Shown here: piece by piece, positions 18,211 through 28,060 of the stretch
Layout: each line of letters begins with the position of its first letter
Numbering within the stretch: the first letter of the stretch is position 1
Sequence record: NC_070962.1
Strand: one strand, 5' to 3'
Length of the DNA stretch: 64,000 bases
The notes under the pieces: model-generated
Seen by the model: the letters and a program-made list of their open reading frames with translations, nothing else
Told to the model about the DNA's origin: nothing
Database searches by the model: none
Position numbers and translations under genes: made by a program

Positions 18211-19227
18211 ATGGATTTTTTAAAAGACGTTGTAAAAGAAATTGGGAATGAGTATGCCCAAATTGCATCAGACATTGATGAACATGAAGAATTTGTTGAC
18301 ACTGGTTCGTACATTTTTAATGGACTTGTTTCAGGGTCTATATTTGGTGGTGTATCTGGGAATAAGATTACTGCCATTGCTGGTGAGTCTAGTACTGGAA
18401 AAACTTTTTTCTCTCTTGCTGTCGTCAAGAATTTCCTTGATAGTAACCCTGACGGTATGTGCATATATTTTGACACTGAAGCCGCTGTTAACAAGTCTCT
18501 TCTCGCAAGTCGTGGGGTAGATCTGCAACGTACAGTAGTCATGAACGTTGTGACTGTTGAAGAGTTTCGTAGTAAGGCACTCAAGACAGTTGACCGATAC
18601 CTAAAAGATCCTGTAGAAGACCGCAAACCTTTGATGTTTGTGTTAGACTCTCTTGGTATGCTATCAACTGAGAAGGAGATCACTGACGCACTTAACGATA
18701 AGCAGGTTCGTGATATGACGAAATCTCAACTTATCAAAGGTGCGTTCCGTATGCTCACTCTTAAGTTGGGTCAAGCAAACATCCCCATGATTGTTACTAA
18801 CCACACCTATGATGTCATCGGTTCTTATGTTCCTACTAAAGAGATGGGCGGTGGTTCTGGTCTTAAGTATGCTGCCAGTACCATCATTTATCTCAGCAAA
18901 AAGAAGGAGAAGGATGGAACATCAGTCGTCGGAAACATTATCAAAGCTAAGACTGCTAAGTCGCGTTTAAGCAAGGAGAATAAAGATGTGGAGATACGTT
19001 TGTATTATGATGAGCGTGGTCTTGATCGATATTATGGTCTTCTTGAACTCGGTGAGATTGGAGGACTTTGGAAAAACGTTGCTGGTCGATATGAGATGAC
19101 TGTTGATGGTGAGACTAAGAAAGTCTATGCTAAAGCAATTCTTAAAGATCCAGAGATTTATTTCACTGAAGAAGTGATGCAAAAACTGGATGAAATTGCT
19201 AGAGAGGAGTTTAGTTACGGTGCTTGA
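18211..19227 (+). CDS. uvsX: RecA-like recombinase UvsX
   Basis: AGESSTGKT, FDTE, LDSLG, NHTY, MGGGSG. Confidence 0.95.
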   Translation: MDFLKDVVKEIGNEYAQIASDIDEHEEFVDTGSYIFNGLVSGSIFGGVSGNKITAIAGESSTGKTFFSLAVVKNFLDSNPDGMCIYFDTEAAVNKSLLASRGVDLQRTVVMNVVTVEEFRSKALKTVDRYLKDPVEDRKPLMFVLDSLGMLSTEKEITDALNDKQVRDMTKSQLIKGAFRMLTLKLGQANIPMIVTNHTYDVIGSYVPTKEMGGGSGLKYAASTIIYLSKKKEKDGTSVVGNIIKAKTAKSRLSKENKDVEIRLYYDERGLDRYYGLLELGEIGGLWKNVAGRYEMTVDGETKKVYAKAILKDPEIYFTEEVMQKLDEIAREEFSYGA

Positions 19228-19876
19228 TACCTCGTTTCCCTGTTTTCCAATACCAATTTCGATTTATAATTTCAATAAAGATTCTCATGAAATGAATCTA
19301 AAATTATTGAATGATATCTTTACTGAAAAAGAAGATAACGATGGTGTAATTAATAGTAACTTTGGTGGTTGGCATAGTAAAGATATGTCAAAGTACCAAA
19401 GTTTTCAAGAATTGAAAACCATTATAGAATCTTCCATAGACGATTATTGTGTCAAACATGGATACTATACTGGAATTAAAATTAACACTCTTTGGTCAAA
19501 TATAAATTCCAAAGGTGACTATAATAAAAACCATCATCATGCTGAGAGTGCTCTTGCTGGTGTTTACTATCCAGTAAAAATAGTTACGGATAATAGTTAC
19601 CAATTTAACTATATTGATGAGGTCTCACTTCAACCAGGAATGTGGAATGGATCACATGGTGGTTGCTTATCCATTCAAGATCCTAGTTATGGTATGAAGA
19701 CTGGGTTGAGAAAGATTAGAGATAGTATGTCTCCATACAATTTTGATCATTATCATCTTTATCCAGTTTCTGGAGTTCTAGTTTTATTTCCTTCATATAT
19801 TCTCCATGATGTATCACCTTTCCAAAAAGATGTTCAAAGGGTGAGTATATCTTTTTCATGTTGTTATAGTAATTGA
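19220..19876 (+). CDS. 2OG-Fe(II) oxygenase-like (TIGR02466-like, HxH type)
   Basis: SNFGGWHS, LWSNIN, NHHH, LFPSYILHDV, RVSISF. Start is probably the GTG at 19220 behind a GAGGAG SD. Confidence 0.75.
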   Translation: MLDTSFPCFPIPISIYNFNKDSHEMNLKLLNDIFTEKEDNDGVINSNFGGWHSKDMSKYQSFQELKTIIESSIDDYCVKHGYYTGIKINTLWSNINSKGDYNKNHHHAESALAGVYYPVKIVTDNSYQFNYIDEVSLQPGMWNGSHGGCLSIQDPSYGMKTGLRKIRDSMSPYNFDHYHLYPVSGVLVLFPSYILHDVSPFQKDVQRVSISFSCCYSN

Positions 19877-20595
19877 TTATGCAAGCAGTACAAATACAAG
19901 CAGTAAGTCAAGGGTTATTTGCTGTTCCAATCAAAACATTTAATTTTGGTGATAGTATTCATGAATTAAATCAAAAACTTGTTGATGATATTATTAAAGA
20001 ACTTTCTGAAGATCCAAAAGGAGTTGTTAAAAGTAACTTTGGTGGTTGGCATAGTCAATTGGGACTAGAAAAAAAGTATGAAAGTTTTAAGTCTTTGCGT
20101 GGAATCATTGAAAATTGTGGTAATATATACTGCGAAGACTTTGGATATGAGAGAGACATTGAATGTCATGACTTGTGGGCAAATGTAAACGGGTGTGGTG
20201 ATCATAATACACCACATCAACATAATCTTTCTGCTTTAACTGGTGTATATTATCCTTTGGGTTTTCTTGATGAAGAGCAGAAAGTATTCAATTATGTTGA
20301 AGGTAATGTTTATCTGCAACCTCATAGCACTAATGGAGTTGATGGAGGATCATTGACATTATTTGATCCAGATCAAGGAAAGAAAATTCATTTGAATCCA
20401 ATTTCAGAAGAATGGCATAATGTGAGTTACATGCACATTTATCCTACTGCTGGTGTGCTAGTATTGTTTCCAACTTACTTAGTTCATTCGGTAAATCCTT
20501 TTAAAGAGGAAAAACATAAAAGACTTAGTGTATCATTTGAATTTAGTTATGGACAAGGTGGAAATTCTGATTCTAAAGAATCTACTGAACAATGA
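19873..20595 (+). CDS. 2OG-Fe(II) oxygenase-like, tandem paralog
   Basis: SNFGGWHS, LWANVN, HQH, LFPTYLVHSV, RLSVSF. Confidence 0.75.
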   Translation: MIMQAVQIQAVSQGLFAVPIKTFNFGDSIHELNQKLVDDIIKELSEDPKGVVKSNFGGWHSQLGLEKKYESFKSLRGIIENCGNIYCEDFGYERDIECHDLWANVNGCGDHNTPHQHNLSALTGVYYPLGFLDEEQKVFNYVEGNVYLQPHSTNGVDGGSLTLFDPDQGKKIHLNPISEEWHNVSYMHIYPTAGVLVLFPTYLVHSVNPFKEEKHKRLSVSFEFSYGQGGNSDSKESTEQ

Positions 20596-21925
20596 AGAAT
20601 ATGCTAGAAAGGTTCTTCCTTTTCTAAAGAAAGATTATTTTGAAGAACCTTCAGAACAAATTGTATATGAAGAGATCTCAAAGTTTGTTAGTGAGTATAA
20701 TAAACTAGCAAGTAAAGAAATTCTTTGCATTGAAATTGAAAATAGGAAAGATGTTACTGACTCTTCCTTCAGAGATGTTATTGGATTAGTTCAATCACTG
20801 GAAGATTCTCCTAGTGAATTTGAATGGTTAGTTAATACTACAGAGAAATGGTGCCGTGATCGTGCCATTTATTTGGCACTCATGGAATCTATTCAGATTG
20901 CTGATGGTAACGATGAAAAAAAGAATCGTGATGCAATTCCTTCCATTTTATCTGAAGCACTTGGTGTTAGTTTTGATAATCATGTAGGTCATGATTATTT
21001 GAATGACTATGAGGAACGTTATGAATCGTATAATAGAAAGGAGAACAAACTTCCGTTCGATCTTGAATACTTTAATAAGATTACGAAAGGTGGTTTACCA
21101 AATAAAACGCTCAACATTGCTCTTGCTGGTACTGGTGTTGGTAAGTCTTTGTTTATGTGCCACGTCGCAAGTAGTGTTTTATTACAGGGAAAAAGTGTGC
21201 TATACATCACGCTTGAAATGGCTGAAGAAAAGATTGCAGAAAGAATTGATGCTAACCTTTTGAATGTTCCGATTCAAGAGATTAGTAGTCTTCCTAAGAT
21301 AATGTTTGAAAATAAGGTAACAAATCTTGCAAAGAAAACGAAAGGTTCTCTTATAATTAAAGAGTATCCAACTGCTTCTGCACATGCTGGACACTTTAGG
21401 GCACTTCTTAATGAACTTGCACTTAAGAAGTCATTTAGACCTGATATTATTTTCATTGATTACCTTAATATATGTGCTTCCTCACGATATCGCGGAAATC
21501 TTTCTGTCAATTCATATAGCTATATTAAGGCTATTGCAGAAGAGCTTAGAGGGTTGGCTGTTGAAGCAAACGTCCCTATCGTATCTGCCACGCAGACCAC
21601 TCGTTCTGGTTATGGTAGCTCTGATGTTGAGCTTACTGATACAAGTGAGTCCTTTGGTCTCCCTGCTACTGCTGATCTTATGTTTGCCCTTATATCTTCT
21701 GAGGAGCTTGAAAATCTAGGTCAGATTATGGTCAAGCAGTTGAAGAACCGATACAATGATCCTACGATGAACAAACGGTTTGTTGTTGGTATTGATCGTG
21801 CCAAGATGCGTTTGTATGATTGCGAGCAGTCAGCACAGAACGATATTCTTGACAGTGGGCAGGATGAGGAGTATAATGATGAGGAACATAATGTTAAGAA
21901 ATCATTTGAAGGATTTAAGTTCTAA
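20549..21925 (+). CDS. 41: Replicative helicase gp41
   Basis: AGTGVGKSL, YITLEM, IFIDYLN, SATQTTR, ESFGLPATAD. Confidence 0.95.
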   Translation: MDKVEILILKNLLNNEEYARKVLPFLKKDYFEEPSEQIVYEEISKFVSEYNKLASKEILCIEIENRKDVTDSSFRDVIGLVQSLEDSPSEFEWLVNTTEKWCRDRAIYLALMESIQIADGNDEKKNRDAIPSILSEALGVSFDNHVGHDYLNDYEERYESYNRKENKLPFDLEYFNKITKGGLPNKTLNIALAGTGVGKSLFMCHVASSVLLQGKSVLYITLEMAEEKIAERIDANLLNVPIQEISSLPKIMFENKVTNLAKKTKGSLIIKEYPTASAHAGHFRALLNELALKKSFRPDIIFIDYLNICASSRYRGNLSVNSYSYIKAIAEELRGLAVEANVPIVSATQTTRSGYGSSDVELTDTSESFGLPATADLMFALISSEELENLGQIMVKQLKNRYNDPTMNKRFVVGIDRAKMRLYDCEQSAQNDILDSGQDEEYNDEEHNVKKSFEGFKF

Positions 21926-22173
21926 TGTATTCTGTATTCAACCCACGTGGTGAAAAAATTGCTGACTGCGGTATCCTTCGTGATGCTGTAAATCTTGTCG
22001 GCATGAGAAATGCTAGATGGGATGGACATTACTATCAGTTCAAACCAGACTATCAAACGATTGATTTGGAACCATTTCCACAAAATCAACTTCCAACTAT
22101 TACAATTGCGGGACAAGAAATTCCCATTCAACAAGAACTACCAAACACACAAGAGGAACCACTAGACTTATGA
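21925..22173 (+). CDS. Hypothetical protein
   Basis: 82-aa ORF coupled to the 41 stop. Confidence 0.6.
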   Translation: MYSVFNPRGEKIADCGILRDAVNLVGMRNARWDGHYYQFKPDYQTIDLEPFPQNQLPTITIAGQEIPIQQELPNTQEEPLDL

Positions 22174-22634
22174 CTATTTCTATTAGTAAGGAAGAAACAC
22201 CAGAAGGAACTAAATTTACTATGTCACAAGATAAAGTAGATACTCAAAAATACTTGGAGTTCGTCGATGCCGTCACGTCAAATGAAAGTAAAAACTATTA
22301 CGATTTTGCACAAAGGATTGCGATTCTTCAAGATCAAGACTTTCCTACCGAGCGATTGCTTACTGCTGCTGTAGGAATGTCTGCAGAAGCAGGTGAGTTT
22401 ACTGAGATCATCAAAAAAATTATCTTCCAAGGCAAACCTGTTAATGAAGAAAACCTATTCCACCTGAAACGTGAACTGGGTGACATCATGTGGTATGTTG
22501 CTCAGGCATGTATTGGTCTTGATATTTCTCTTGATGAAGTCATGGAGATGAATGTTGAGAAACTAGTTGCACGTTATCCTGGTGGTGAGTTTGATGTCCA
22601 CTATTCTGAAAATCGTAAGGATGGTGATTTGTGA
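22170..22634 (+). CDS. mazG: MazG-like NTP pyrophosphohydrolase
   Basis: GMSAEAGEFTEIIKK, KRELGDIMWY, NVEKL. Confidence 0.9.
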   Translation: MTISISKEETPEGTKFTMSQDKVDTQKYLEFVDAVTSNESKNYYDFAQRIAILQDQDFPTERLLTAAVGMSAEAGEFTEIIKKIIFQGKPVNEENLFHLKRELGDIMWYVAQACIGLDISLDEVMEMNVEKLVARYPGGEFDVHYSENRKDGDL

Positions 22635-23167
22635 TTGAGGTTATCGATAATTTTTTAGATAGTGAAGATTATCTAAACATCGATAAAATTCTCAATAGTT
22701 CTGAATTTCCATGGTATTTTCAACCAACAATCACAAACGATTCTGAAGAAAAAACAACAGGACAATTCACTCATATCCTATATCAGGAAAATGTAGGAGC
22801 AACTAGTGAATGGTATAATACATTTCTTGTACCTATTGTCAATAAACTATTTGGCAAAATGAAATCTAGAAGTGTAATTCTCCTAAGTGCAAAAATGAAC
22901 CTTAATCCTATGCGTGAATCTAATACACGCATAGGTTCATATCACACAGATTGGAAAATACCTGGAAAAAATTTTAAAACTGCAATATACTATTGTAATA
23001 CTAACAATGGTTATACAAAGATAACCAATCAAAAAATTGATTGTGTGTCAAATAGACTAATTATCTTTGATGGAAATGAAAAGCATGTTGGATATGCTTG
23101 CACTGATGAACAAACTAGAATGATCATCAACATAAATTATCTTTTATTACCTGAAACATATGACTAA
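22631..23167 (+). CDS. 2OG-Fe(II) oxygenase
   Basis: YHTD, TAIYYCNTNNGYT, NRLIIFDG..H, R. Confidence 0.75.
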   Translation: MIEVIDNFLDSEDYLNIDKILNSSEFPWYFQPTITNDSEEKTTGQFTHILYQENVGATSEWYNTFLVPIVNKLFGKMKSRSVILLSAKMNLNPMRESNTRIGSYHTDWKIPGKNFKTAIYYCNTNNGYTKITNQKIDCVSNRLIIFDGNEKHVGYACTDEQTRMIININYLLLPETYD

Positions 23168-23303
23168 ACGAGAATTTGTAACCAAGTCTGGAGACACCTT
23201 TGAGTGGGAAGAGACTGAAGAAGTTCGGAAGGCAGTTGAACGACTACATCAAACTATCCGAGATCTTGAAAAGAAAGCACCTGATTATGGAGTAGGAAAA
23301 TGA
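23160..23303 (+). CDS. Small hypothetical protein (47 aa)
   Basis: Hand-translated MTKREFVTKSGDTFEWEET...; fills the gap and overlaps both neighbours. Confidence 0.5.
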   Translation: MTKREFVTKSGDTFEWEETEEVRKAVERLHQTIRDLEKKAPDYGVGK

Positions 23304-23524
23304 AAACTCTTACAGTAGAAGATTACAAAGCAGCAGGTGATGAGTTTTTCCCCAAGTATTGGTATATTGCTAAGGAACTTGGAGAGGATGCAAAACCCGA
23401 AGACATTCTAAAAGTTATGGAAGCAGTCGGTGGAGTTGCTCTTAAGAAAGCACTTGAAGACAAACTTTCCAATCCATTTGGTTTTAATAAGAAAACGGGA
23501 GAAAATGATGATGGGCAATCTTGA
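23300..23524 (+). CDS. Hypothetical protein
   Basis: 74-aa ORF in an operon-like arrangement. Confidence 0.65.
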   Translation: MKTLTVEDYKAAGDEFFPKYWYIAKELGEDAKPEDILKVMEAVGGVALKKALEDKLSNPFGFNKKTGENDDGQS

Positions 23525-23747
23525 ACCAGAAGAACGAGTTTTATCTGAACTAAGTGTTCTTGAAAAAATTAATCATTACATGTATGAACTTGGATGGGAA
23601 GGTAATGATAAAATTTCTGTAGAAGTTGGTGGAAGTTCTGTTTATGAAATTGATGGTGCAGGCACAAAGTGGGCACCACTCAAAGGCACCCGCAAGTATA
23701 ATAAAGATGCGTTTATTGTAATTAAAAATTTAGATCGCAATCAATGA
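23505..23747 (+). CDS. Hypothetical protein
   Basis: ORF from the ATG at 23505. Confidence 0.6.
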   Translation: MMMGNLEPEERVLSELSVLEKINHYMYELGWEGNDKISVEVGGSSVYEIDGAGTKWAPLKGTRKYNKDAFIVIKNLDRNQ

Positions 23748-24328
23748 ATTTTATTCTAGAGACATATCTTAAAGACATATCAATCTGCGATAATTTGATA
23801 GATTATTATAATAGTAGAGATGACAAATATCCAGGTGAAAGTTATCGAGGTATTGATTTAGAAGTAAAAGAATCTACTGATCTTAGTATTCCAGTTAATC
23901 AACAACTCACCGTAGACGTAATATTTAATTATATCCAACAGTTGACAGATTGTGTTGTTGATTATATTGGTAACTTTCCTTTATGTAATGAATATGGTAG
24001 TTGGGGACTCACTGAACCTTTAAATATTCAATATTATAAACCTGGTGAGGCATTTCATGCATATCATTGTGAACGATGTAATCATGAAGAACCACTTTCA
24101 ACCAGGCACTTGGTATGGATGACTTATCTTAATGATGTTACCGATGAGGGTGGAACTGAATTTTATCATCAAGAACTTATTGTTACTCCTAAAAAAGGTA
24201 AAACTTTAATATGGCCAGCAGATTGGACTTATACACATAGAGGAATTCCATCTCCTACACAAGAGAAATATATCATTACTGGTTGGTTTAACTATATGAG
24301 TGATGATTCTGTTCAACTTATTAAATAA
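23744..24328 (+). CDS. 2OG-Fe(II) oxygenase
   Basis: YHCE, WMTYLNDV..EGGTEF, WPADWTYTHRG, KYIITGW. Confidence 0.85.
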   Translation: MNFILETYLKDISICDNLIDYYNSRDDKYPGESYRGIDLEVKESTDLSIPVNQQLTVDVIFNYIQQLTDCVVDYIGNFPLCNEYGSWGLTEPLNIQYYKPGEAFHAYHCERCNHEEPLSTRHLVWMTYLNDVTDEGGTEFYHQELIVTPKKGKTLIWPADWTYTHRGIPSPTQEKYIITGWFNYMSDDSVQLIK

Positions 24329-24331
24329 ATA
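24324..24331 (+). promoter_or_regulatory. T4-type late promoter
   Basis: AATAAATA upstream of the 24357 ORF. Confidence 0.55.
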
Positions 24332-24356
24332 AATAAAGAAAAGTGTTTACATAAAG

Positions 24357-25328
24357 ATGGACAGCAAGACTTTTAACTCTCTTTCTGAAGCATATGCCGC
24401 AGTATATTCTAATACTGTAGAAGAAACATATACAGTTACTGCTGCTGATAAGAAAGGAAATACTCCTGCATATCAAGCATATAAAGCAGGTAAGAAAAAG
24501 AAGGATGGTAGTCCAATGTATAAGGCTGCTGACCATATGAAGGAAGGTGTTCGTGATTTAGATCCTGAGAAAGGAACTGCAGAACGTAAGGCAAAGTTGG
24601 AGAAAAAACGTGGGATGAAACTTGATGATCATCCCCAATATAAAAAAGAAGAAGTTGAGAACGTAGACGAACGTTACAAGGGTAAGCATGGTCAGTCCTC
24701 TGCTGAGTATAAGGATGACCGTTCCCAAGGTGGTAAGATGGTATCTGGTGACTCCAAGATGAGTGGTGCTGAGTACACCCATGGTCGCAGAGTTAAGGCA
24801 GCAAACCCTGGTTCTCAACCTGACGAGGGTGGTAAGACCAAACCTAAGTCTCAGGGTAAGATGGATGCTGGCACCCGTGCTGACCTTCAGTATCGTAAGG
24901 CAAATCTGAAGAAAGAAGAACTTGATCTTTTTGATACAGTCCTTGAATATCTTCAATCTGAAGGCATTGCGGAAAGTGTAGAAGATGCTGAGTGGATGAT
25001 GGTTAATGTTCTTGAGGGAGAGGACATTAATTCTATTCTTGATGAAGCACGTAGAGCTGATAAGGAAGGATATGCAAGAGGATCCAAAGAAAATCCAAAG
25101 AGAAATGATATTCCGCATGGAGACGTTTCTCAGAGATCAATGCTCCACTCTAAGTTGAAGAGACGTGCTGACGAGATGGGAAGAGCTAGAAGATCTTCTG
25201 CAAGAAATAAAGCAGGTGGAAGAACTCCAGTAGGTAAGAAAGAGAAAGCATTCTTACAGGCAGTAACTAGAACTGCTGGCCAGGTTCGTCAACCAAACGT
25301 TCCTGATACTGGAAGACATAAGAAGTGA
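24357..25328 (+). CDS. K/E-rich late hypothetical protein (possible internal head protein)
   Basis: 323 aa, highly charged, late promoter upstream. Confidence 0.7.
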   Translation: MDSKTFNSLSEAYAAVYSNTVEETYTVTAADKKGNTPAYQAYKAGKKKKDGSPMYKAADHMKEGVRDLDPEKGTAERKAKLEKKRGMKLDDHPQYKKEEVENVDERYKGKHGQSSAEYKDDRSQGGKMVSGDSKMSGAEYTHGRRVKAANPGSQPDEGGKTKPKSQGKMDAGTRADLQYRKANLKKEELDLFDTVLEYLQSEGIAESVEDAEWMMVNVLEGEDINSILDEARRADKEGYARGSKENPKRNDIPHGDVSQRSMLHSKLKRRADEMGRARRSSARNKAGGRTPVGKKEKAFLQAVTRTAGQVRQPNVPDTGRHKK

Positions 25329-25331
25329 TCC

Positions 25332-25360
25332 TTGACATCTGAATTGAATTTCTATATAAT
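25332..25360 (+). promoter_or_regulatory. Sigma70 promoter for tRNA-Ala
   Basis: TTGACA-N17-TATAAT, perfect consensus. Confidence 0.8.
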
Positions 25361-25369
25361 GGTTTCATC

Positions 25370-25442
25370 GGGGAATTAGCTCAGTTGGTAGAGCACCTGC
25401 TTTGCAAGCAGGGAGTCAGGAGTTCGAGTCTCCTATTCTCCA
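25370..25442 (+). tRNA. tRNA-Ala(UGC)
   Basis: Cloverleaf, G3:U70 identity pair, anticodon TGC, TTCGA T-loop; no encoded CCA. Confidence 0.95.
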
Positions 25443-25457
25443 TAAATAAAAATAAAA

Positions 25458-26792
25458 ATGGCAACTGTAGCAGAAACATTACTTGCCCTAAATGAAATAC
25501 TTGATGGATATGACACTGAGGTCAAGAATGCTGGACCTAGAGTGACGACTCTTCTTGTTCGTACAAAAGAGAGATCTCAAGCAAGAGAAGATATTAAGCA
25601 AGAATTTAAGAAGAAAGGTATAAAGGCAGATCAAATTAAAGTTCCTGGATCTACCTTTGAAGGTTTGAGGATATCTGAGAGTGCATCATCTTATTTGAAT
25701 ATTGTATTCAAACCAACCAAGGGTGGAGGATCTGGTGCTGGTGCTGCTGTTACTAAGATGGCAGAATCTGCACAAGCAGTTTATGCTGCTGTGGCATTTG
25801 GTCTTGGTAGAAAGATAACTCACTCAGATATTACTCCTGATAATGTTAATGCAAATAAAGACAAGTTTGATGTCGATGAAAATATTGATAAGATTTTGAA
25901 TGAACTTCCTGATGATTGGATTGAGTCCTCAGTTCTTGGTGCTAATGAGTTATGGGAGAAATTTTCAAAAATTAAATCTGGAATAAAATTTCATAGAGGA
26001 TCAAAGACTGTAGATCACATTGAAAATCAATTCAAGAGAATTAAAAAAATTGAAGGTGTCAGAGTTGATATTAATAAGTGGTCTCCTGCAGACATCTATG
26101 TAACAACACCAAAGTATGATCCTAAGTGTTTAGAGGATGAGAAATCAATCAAAGGATTGAATCAATGTATGAATGAGAGAATAGATCCAAAAGATCCAAA
26201 GATGTTTGGAGTATCTCTTAAGAAGATGTCCAGAACTTCTAATCTGAAGATTCTAAATTTTGATAAAAAGGATTCTTTGGAAAAAGAGTTTTCTGGATTT
26301 ACTATGAACTCTAATAGCATTGATACCTATCTAAATTTTAGTGATGGAACTAAAATTCAGTTTAGATCTTTTGGTGGTGCTACTGCATTAACTGGGTGGC
26401 AAGGAGAAGTAAAGGGAACCAAAGCAAATCAAGGAAAGATATCTTTGGGTCCAGTCAATATACTTTTTAAAATGCATGGTGTTCCTCAGATTGATTCTAC
26501 ATATGCTAGACAGATAAAATCTGATCCACAAAAAGTTATAAATTATGTGAAGAAAGGATTGGAAGATTATGCAAATGATTATTCTGATGAAAAGTTTGCT
26601 AAACTGCAACTAGAGAAGAGTAAGAAAAAGCATTTTGATTCTTGGTTATATTCAAAAGTTCATTGTATTGCAATTATGAATGCTATTAACGGCATAAAAA
26701 ATTCTGAAAAACAAAAGCAAGTTTGTGAAGATCTTTATCTCTATGCAAATTCTAGATCATCATTGTCAGCCCCGTACTGGAAACTGGAATAA
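25458..26792 (+). CDS. Hypothetical protein, possible PD-(D/E)xK-like nuclease
   Basis: 444 aa; KWSPADIY ... GVSLKK; late promoter CATAAATA at 25441. Confidence 0.55.
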   Translation: MATVAETLLALNEILDGYDTEVKNAGPRVTTLLVRTKERSQAREDIKQEFKKKGIKADQIKVPGSTFEGLRISESASSYLNIVFKPTKGGGSGAGAAVTKMAESAQAVYAAVAFGLGRKITHSDITPDNVNANKDKFDVDENIDKILNELPDDWIESSVLGANELWEKFSKIKSGIKFHRGSKTVDHIENQFKRIKKIEGVRVDINKWSPADIYVTTPKYDPKCLEDEKSIKGLNQCMNERIDPKDPKMFGVSLKKMSRTSNLKILNFDKKDSLEKEFSGFTMNSNSIDTYLNFSDGTKIQFRSFGGATALTGWQGEVKGTKANQGKISLGPVNILFKMHGVPQIDSTYARQIKSDPQKVINYVKKGLEDYANDYSDEKFAKLQLEKSKKKHFDSWLYSKVHCIAIMNAINGIKNSEKQKQVCEDLYLYANSRSSLSAPYWKLE

Positions 26793-26818
26793 ATAATACA
26801 TAAGGACTAATAATATAA

Positions 26819-28048
26819 ATGAAAAGTTTTCTACAGTTCCTAAAAGAAGCAGCAGAATCTGGAGCATCAGTTCAGGCAAAGAAACTGAATCTCAAGAGTG
26901 ATGGTCACGGTGGTTGGTATGACTCCCGTGGAGAATTTGTTGCGAAAACTGAAGGTGGTAAACTAAAGTTTTATGATAAGAACCAAAAGATTGGTGAGAG
27001 AGACGGCAATCAGAATACCAATCAGGTTGCACAGAAGCAAGACGAAACTAAGCAGAAGCAAAAGAAGGAAGAACCTAAAGATAGTTCTAAGAAAGAAGCA
27101 CCACCAGAAGAAGGTCAAGAGCAGCAGTCTGATACACTAACTGTGGTGTTTGGTAGATTTAATCCACCAACAGTGGGACATGAAAAACTTCTAAGTATGG
27201 CAAAGAAGGCATCTTCTGGTGGAGACTTCAAAGTCTATCCTTCACGTTCACAGGATGCTAAGAAGAATCCTCTTGATCCTGATATGAAGATTTCATTTAT
27301 GAAGAAGATGTTCTCCGATTATGAAGAGAATATTATCAATGATCCAGATATGAAAAACATCTTTGATGTTCTTACTACAGCAAATGAAGATGGATATGGG
27401 AATGTAAACATTGTTGTTGGATCAGATCGTCAAGCAGAGTTTGAAAATCTTGCTCAGAAGTATAATGGTCAACTCTATGAGTTTGATTTGATCCGTGTTA
27501 TTTCTGCTGGTGTTCGTGATGCTGATGCAGAAGGTGTAGAAGGAATGTCCGCATCTAAGATGCGTAAGGCAGTTATGGATGATGACTTTGAATCATTCCG
27601 TAGAGGAACACCAAAGAAACTTGATGATGGTGATACTCAAGCACTCTTCAATGCAGTTCGTCAAGGGATGAAGTTGAAGAAGAAAGCAAAAGTCACTGCA
27701 GAGATGTGGCAAGTTGCACCTAAACTTGATCCTAAAGGTTTACGTGAGCAGTATGTTAGTGAGAGGATATTCAGAATTGGTGATATTGTAGAGAACCTAA
27801 ACACTGGAATGATTGGTGAGATCATCCGTAGAGGAACAAATCATCTTATCTGTGTAACCAAAGAAAACTTTATGTTTAAGTCTTGGGTTAAGGATGTAAT
27901 GGAAGCAGTTGTAAACTATCCTGGTCCTTCTGGTGTATCTGGTCCAGAAAGAGAAGTTGGAACTGATTCACTCAGAAAGTATACTGAGAGAATGACTGGC
28001 ACTAGTGCTATCAAGAATTTCATAAATAAGTATAAGGCTAAAAAGTAA
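26819..28048 (+). CDS. Cytidylyltransferase-like (HIGH-family) nucleotidyltransferase
   Basis: FGRFNPPTVGHEKL, VVGSDR, MSASKMR; late promoter AATAAATA at 26788. Confidence 0.8.
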   Translation: MKSFLQFLKEAAESGASVQAKKLNLKSDGHGGWYDSRGEFVAKTEGGKLKFYDKNQKIGERDGNQNTNQVAQKQDETKQKQKKEEPKDSSKKEAPPEEGQEQQSDTLTVVFGRFNPPTVGHEKLLSMAKKASSGGDFKVYPSRSQDAKKNPLDPDMKISFMKKMFSDYEENIINDPDMKNIFDVLTTANEDGYGNVNIVVGSDRQAEFENLAQKYNGQLYEFDLIRVISAGVRDADAEGVEGMSASKMRKAVMDDDFESFRRGTPKKLDDGDTQALFNAVRQGMKLKKKAKVTAEMWQVAPKLDPKGLREQYVSERIFRIGDIVENLNTGMIGEIIRRGTNHLICVTKENFMFKSWVKDVMEAVVNYPGPSGVSGPEREVGTDSLRKYTERMTGTSAIKNFINKYKAKK

Positions 28049-28060
28049 GATCTTATACTC

